Shown: one piece after another, positions 63,501-64,000 of the stretch
How the letters are laid out: the number at the start of each line of letters is the position of its first letter
Position numbering within the stretch: the first letter of the stretch is position 1
Assembly: GCA_049840735.1 (NCBI GenBank)
Contig: JASGJN010000026.1
Location: 224,001-288,000 of the forward strand
Length of the DNA: 64,000 nucleotides
Reading direction: 5' to 3'
DNA from: Anaeromyxobacter sp.
GTDB taxonomy: Bacteria > Myxococcota > Myxococcia > Myxococcales > Anaeromyxobacteraceae
The notes under the pieces: generated by a model
Told to the model about the DNA's origin: nothing
What the model saw: only the letters and a program-made list of their open reading frames with translations
Database searches by the model: none
Position numbers and translations under genes: made by a program

Positions 63501-64000
63501 TCACCGGCCACACCGCGCTCTACGGGCTGCTCGGCCACCCCGTCTCCCACACCCGCTCGCCGGAGATGCAGAACACGGCCTTCGCGCTGCGGGGGGTGGA
63601 CGCGGTGTACCTGGCCCTGCCGGTGGCGCCGGAGCAGCTCGCGGAGGCGGTGCGCGGCGCGCACGCGCTCGGCTTCCAGGGGCTCAACGTGACCGTGCCG
63701 CACAAGCAGCCGGCGGCCGGGCTGTGCCAGGCGCTGGACGAGGTGGCGCGCGAGGTGGGCGCGGTCAACACGCTGCGCCGCACCGCCGCCGGCTGGGAAG
63801 GCTTCAACACCGACGCGCTGGCCGCCCGCACGCTGCTGGCGGCGGCGGGCGTCGGCCCGGGCCGGAAGGCCCTGCTGCTGGGCGCCGGCGGCGCCGCGCG
63901 GGCCGCGGCCTGGGCGCTGGTGCGGCTGGGCGCGGAGCTGCGCATCGCCGCCCGCCGCCCCGAGGCCGCCGACGAGCTCTGCGCCGCCATGGCGCCGTAC
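63497..64000 (+). CDS. aroE: Shikimate dehydrogenase (partial, runs off the window)
   Basis: TTG start overlapping the aroA stop; [36 protein letters not shown]. Confidence 0.92.
   Translation, partial: MITGHTALYGLLGHPVSHTRSPEMQNTAFALRGVDAVYLALPVAPEQLAEAVRGAHALGFQGLNVTVPHKQPAAGLCQALDEVAREVGAVNTLRRTAAGWEGFNTDALAARTLLAAAGVGPGRKALLLGAGGAARAAAWALVRLGAELRIAARRPEAADELCAAMAPY

Overview
A very GC-rich bacterial window that looks myxobacterial (Anaeromyxobacter-like: MYXO-CTERM-like tail, narC-narGHJI-narK, sigma-54 regulators). The standout is a ~17 kb co-directional, tightly packed operon (5618-22884) downstream of a sigma-54 enhancer-binding protein, with a GG-N10-GC promoter and an upstream palindrome. 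It encodes four paralogues of one uncharacterised family (shared motifs FPxFVxxLxxGxFxAIVxASIQQMEAY, TMVLMGxNRIV, FxSxxFPLxR, flanking a variable aromatic/Gly-tipped hairpin) and two paralogues of a second all-helical family. It also encodes two small helix-strand proteins, a peptidoglycan-binding/muramidase-like protein, a possible ABBA prenyltransferase-fold protein, an S8 protease, an alpha/beta hydrolase and a trypsin-like protease. None of these has an obvious signal peptide, and I cannot match the operon to a described system. The rest of the window is mostly ordinary: GDPD, MCP, YpfJ-type peptidase, VOC+WYL regulator with operator, PEMT-PAP2-Lgt fusion, LysR, radical SAM, ELWxxDGT protein, gap, nar operon with Rrf2, astA, dtd, HIT, citE-like and an aro operon. 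A REP-like palindromic repeat family is scattered throughout. Many genes carry single-base frameshifts, and most of those I could localise fall in or beside GATC, which points to methylation-linked basecalling errors rather than true pseudogenes.
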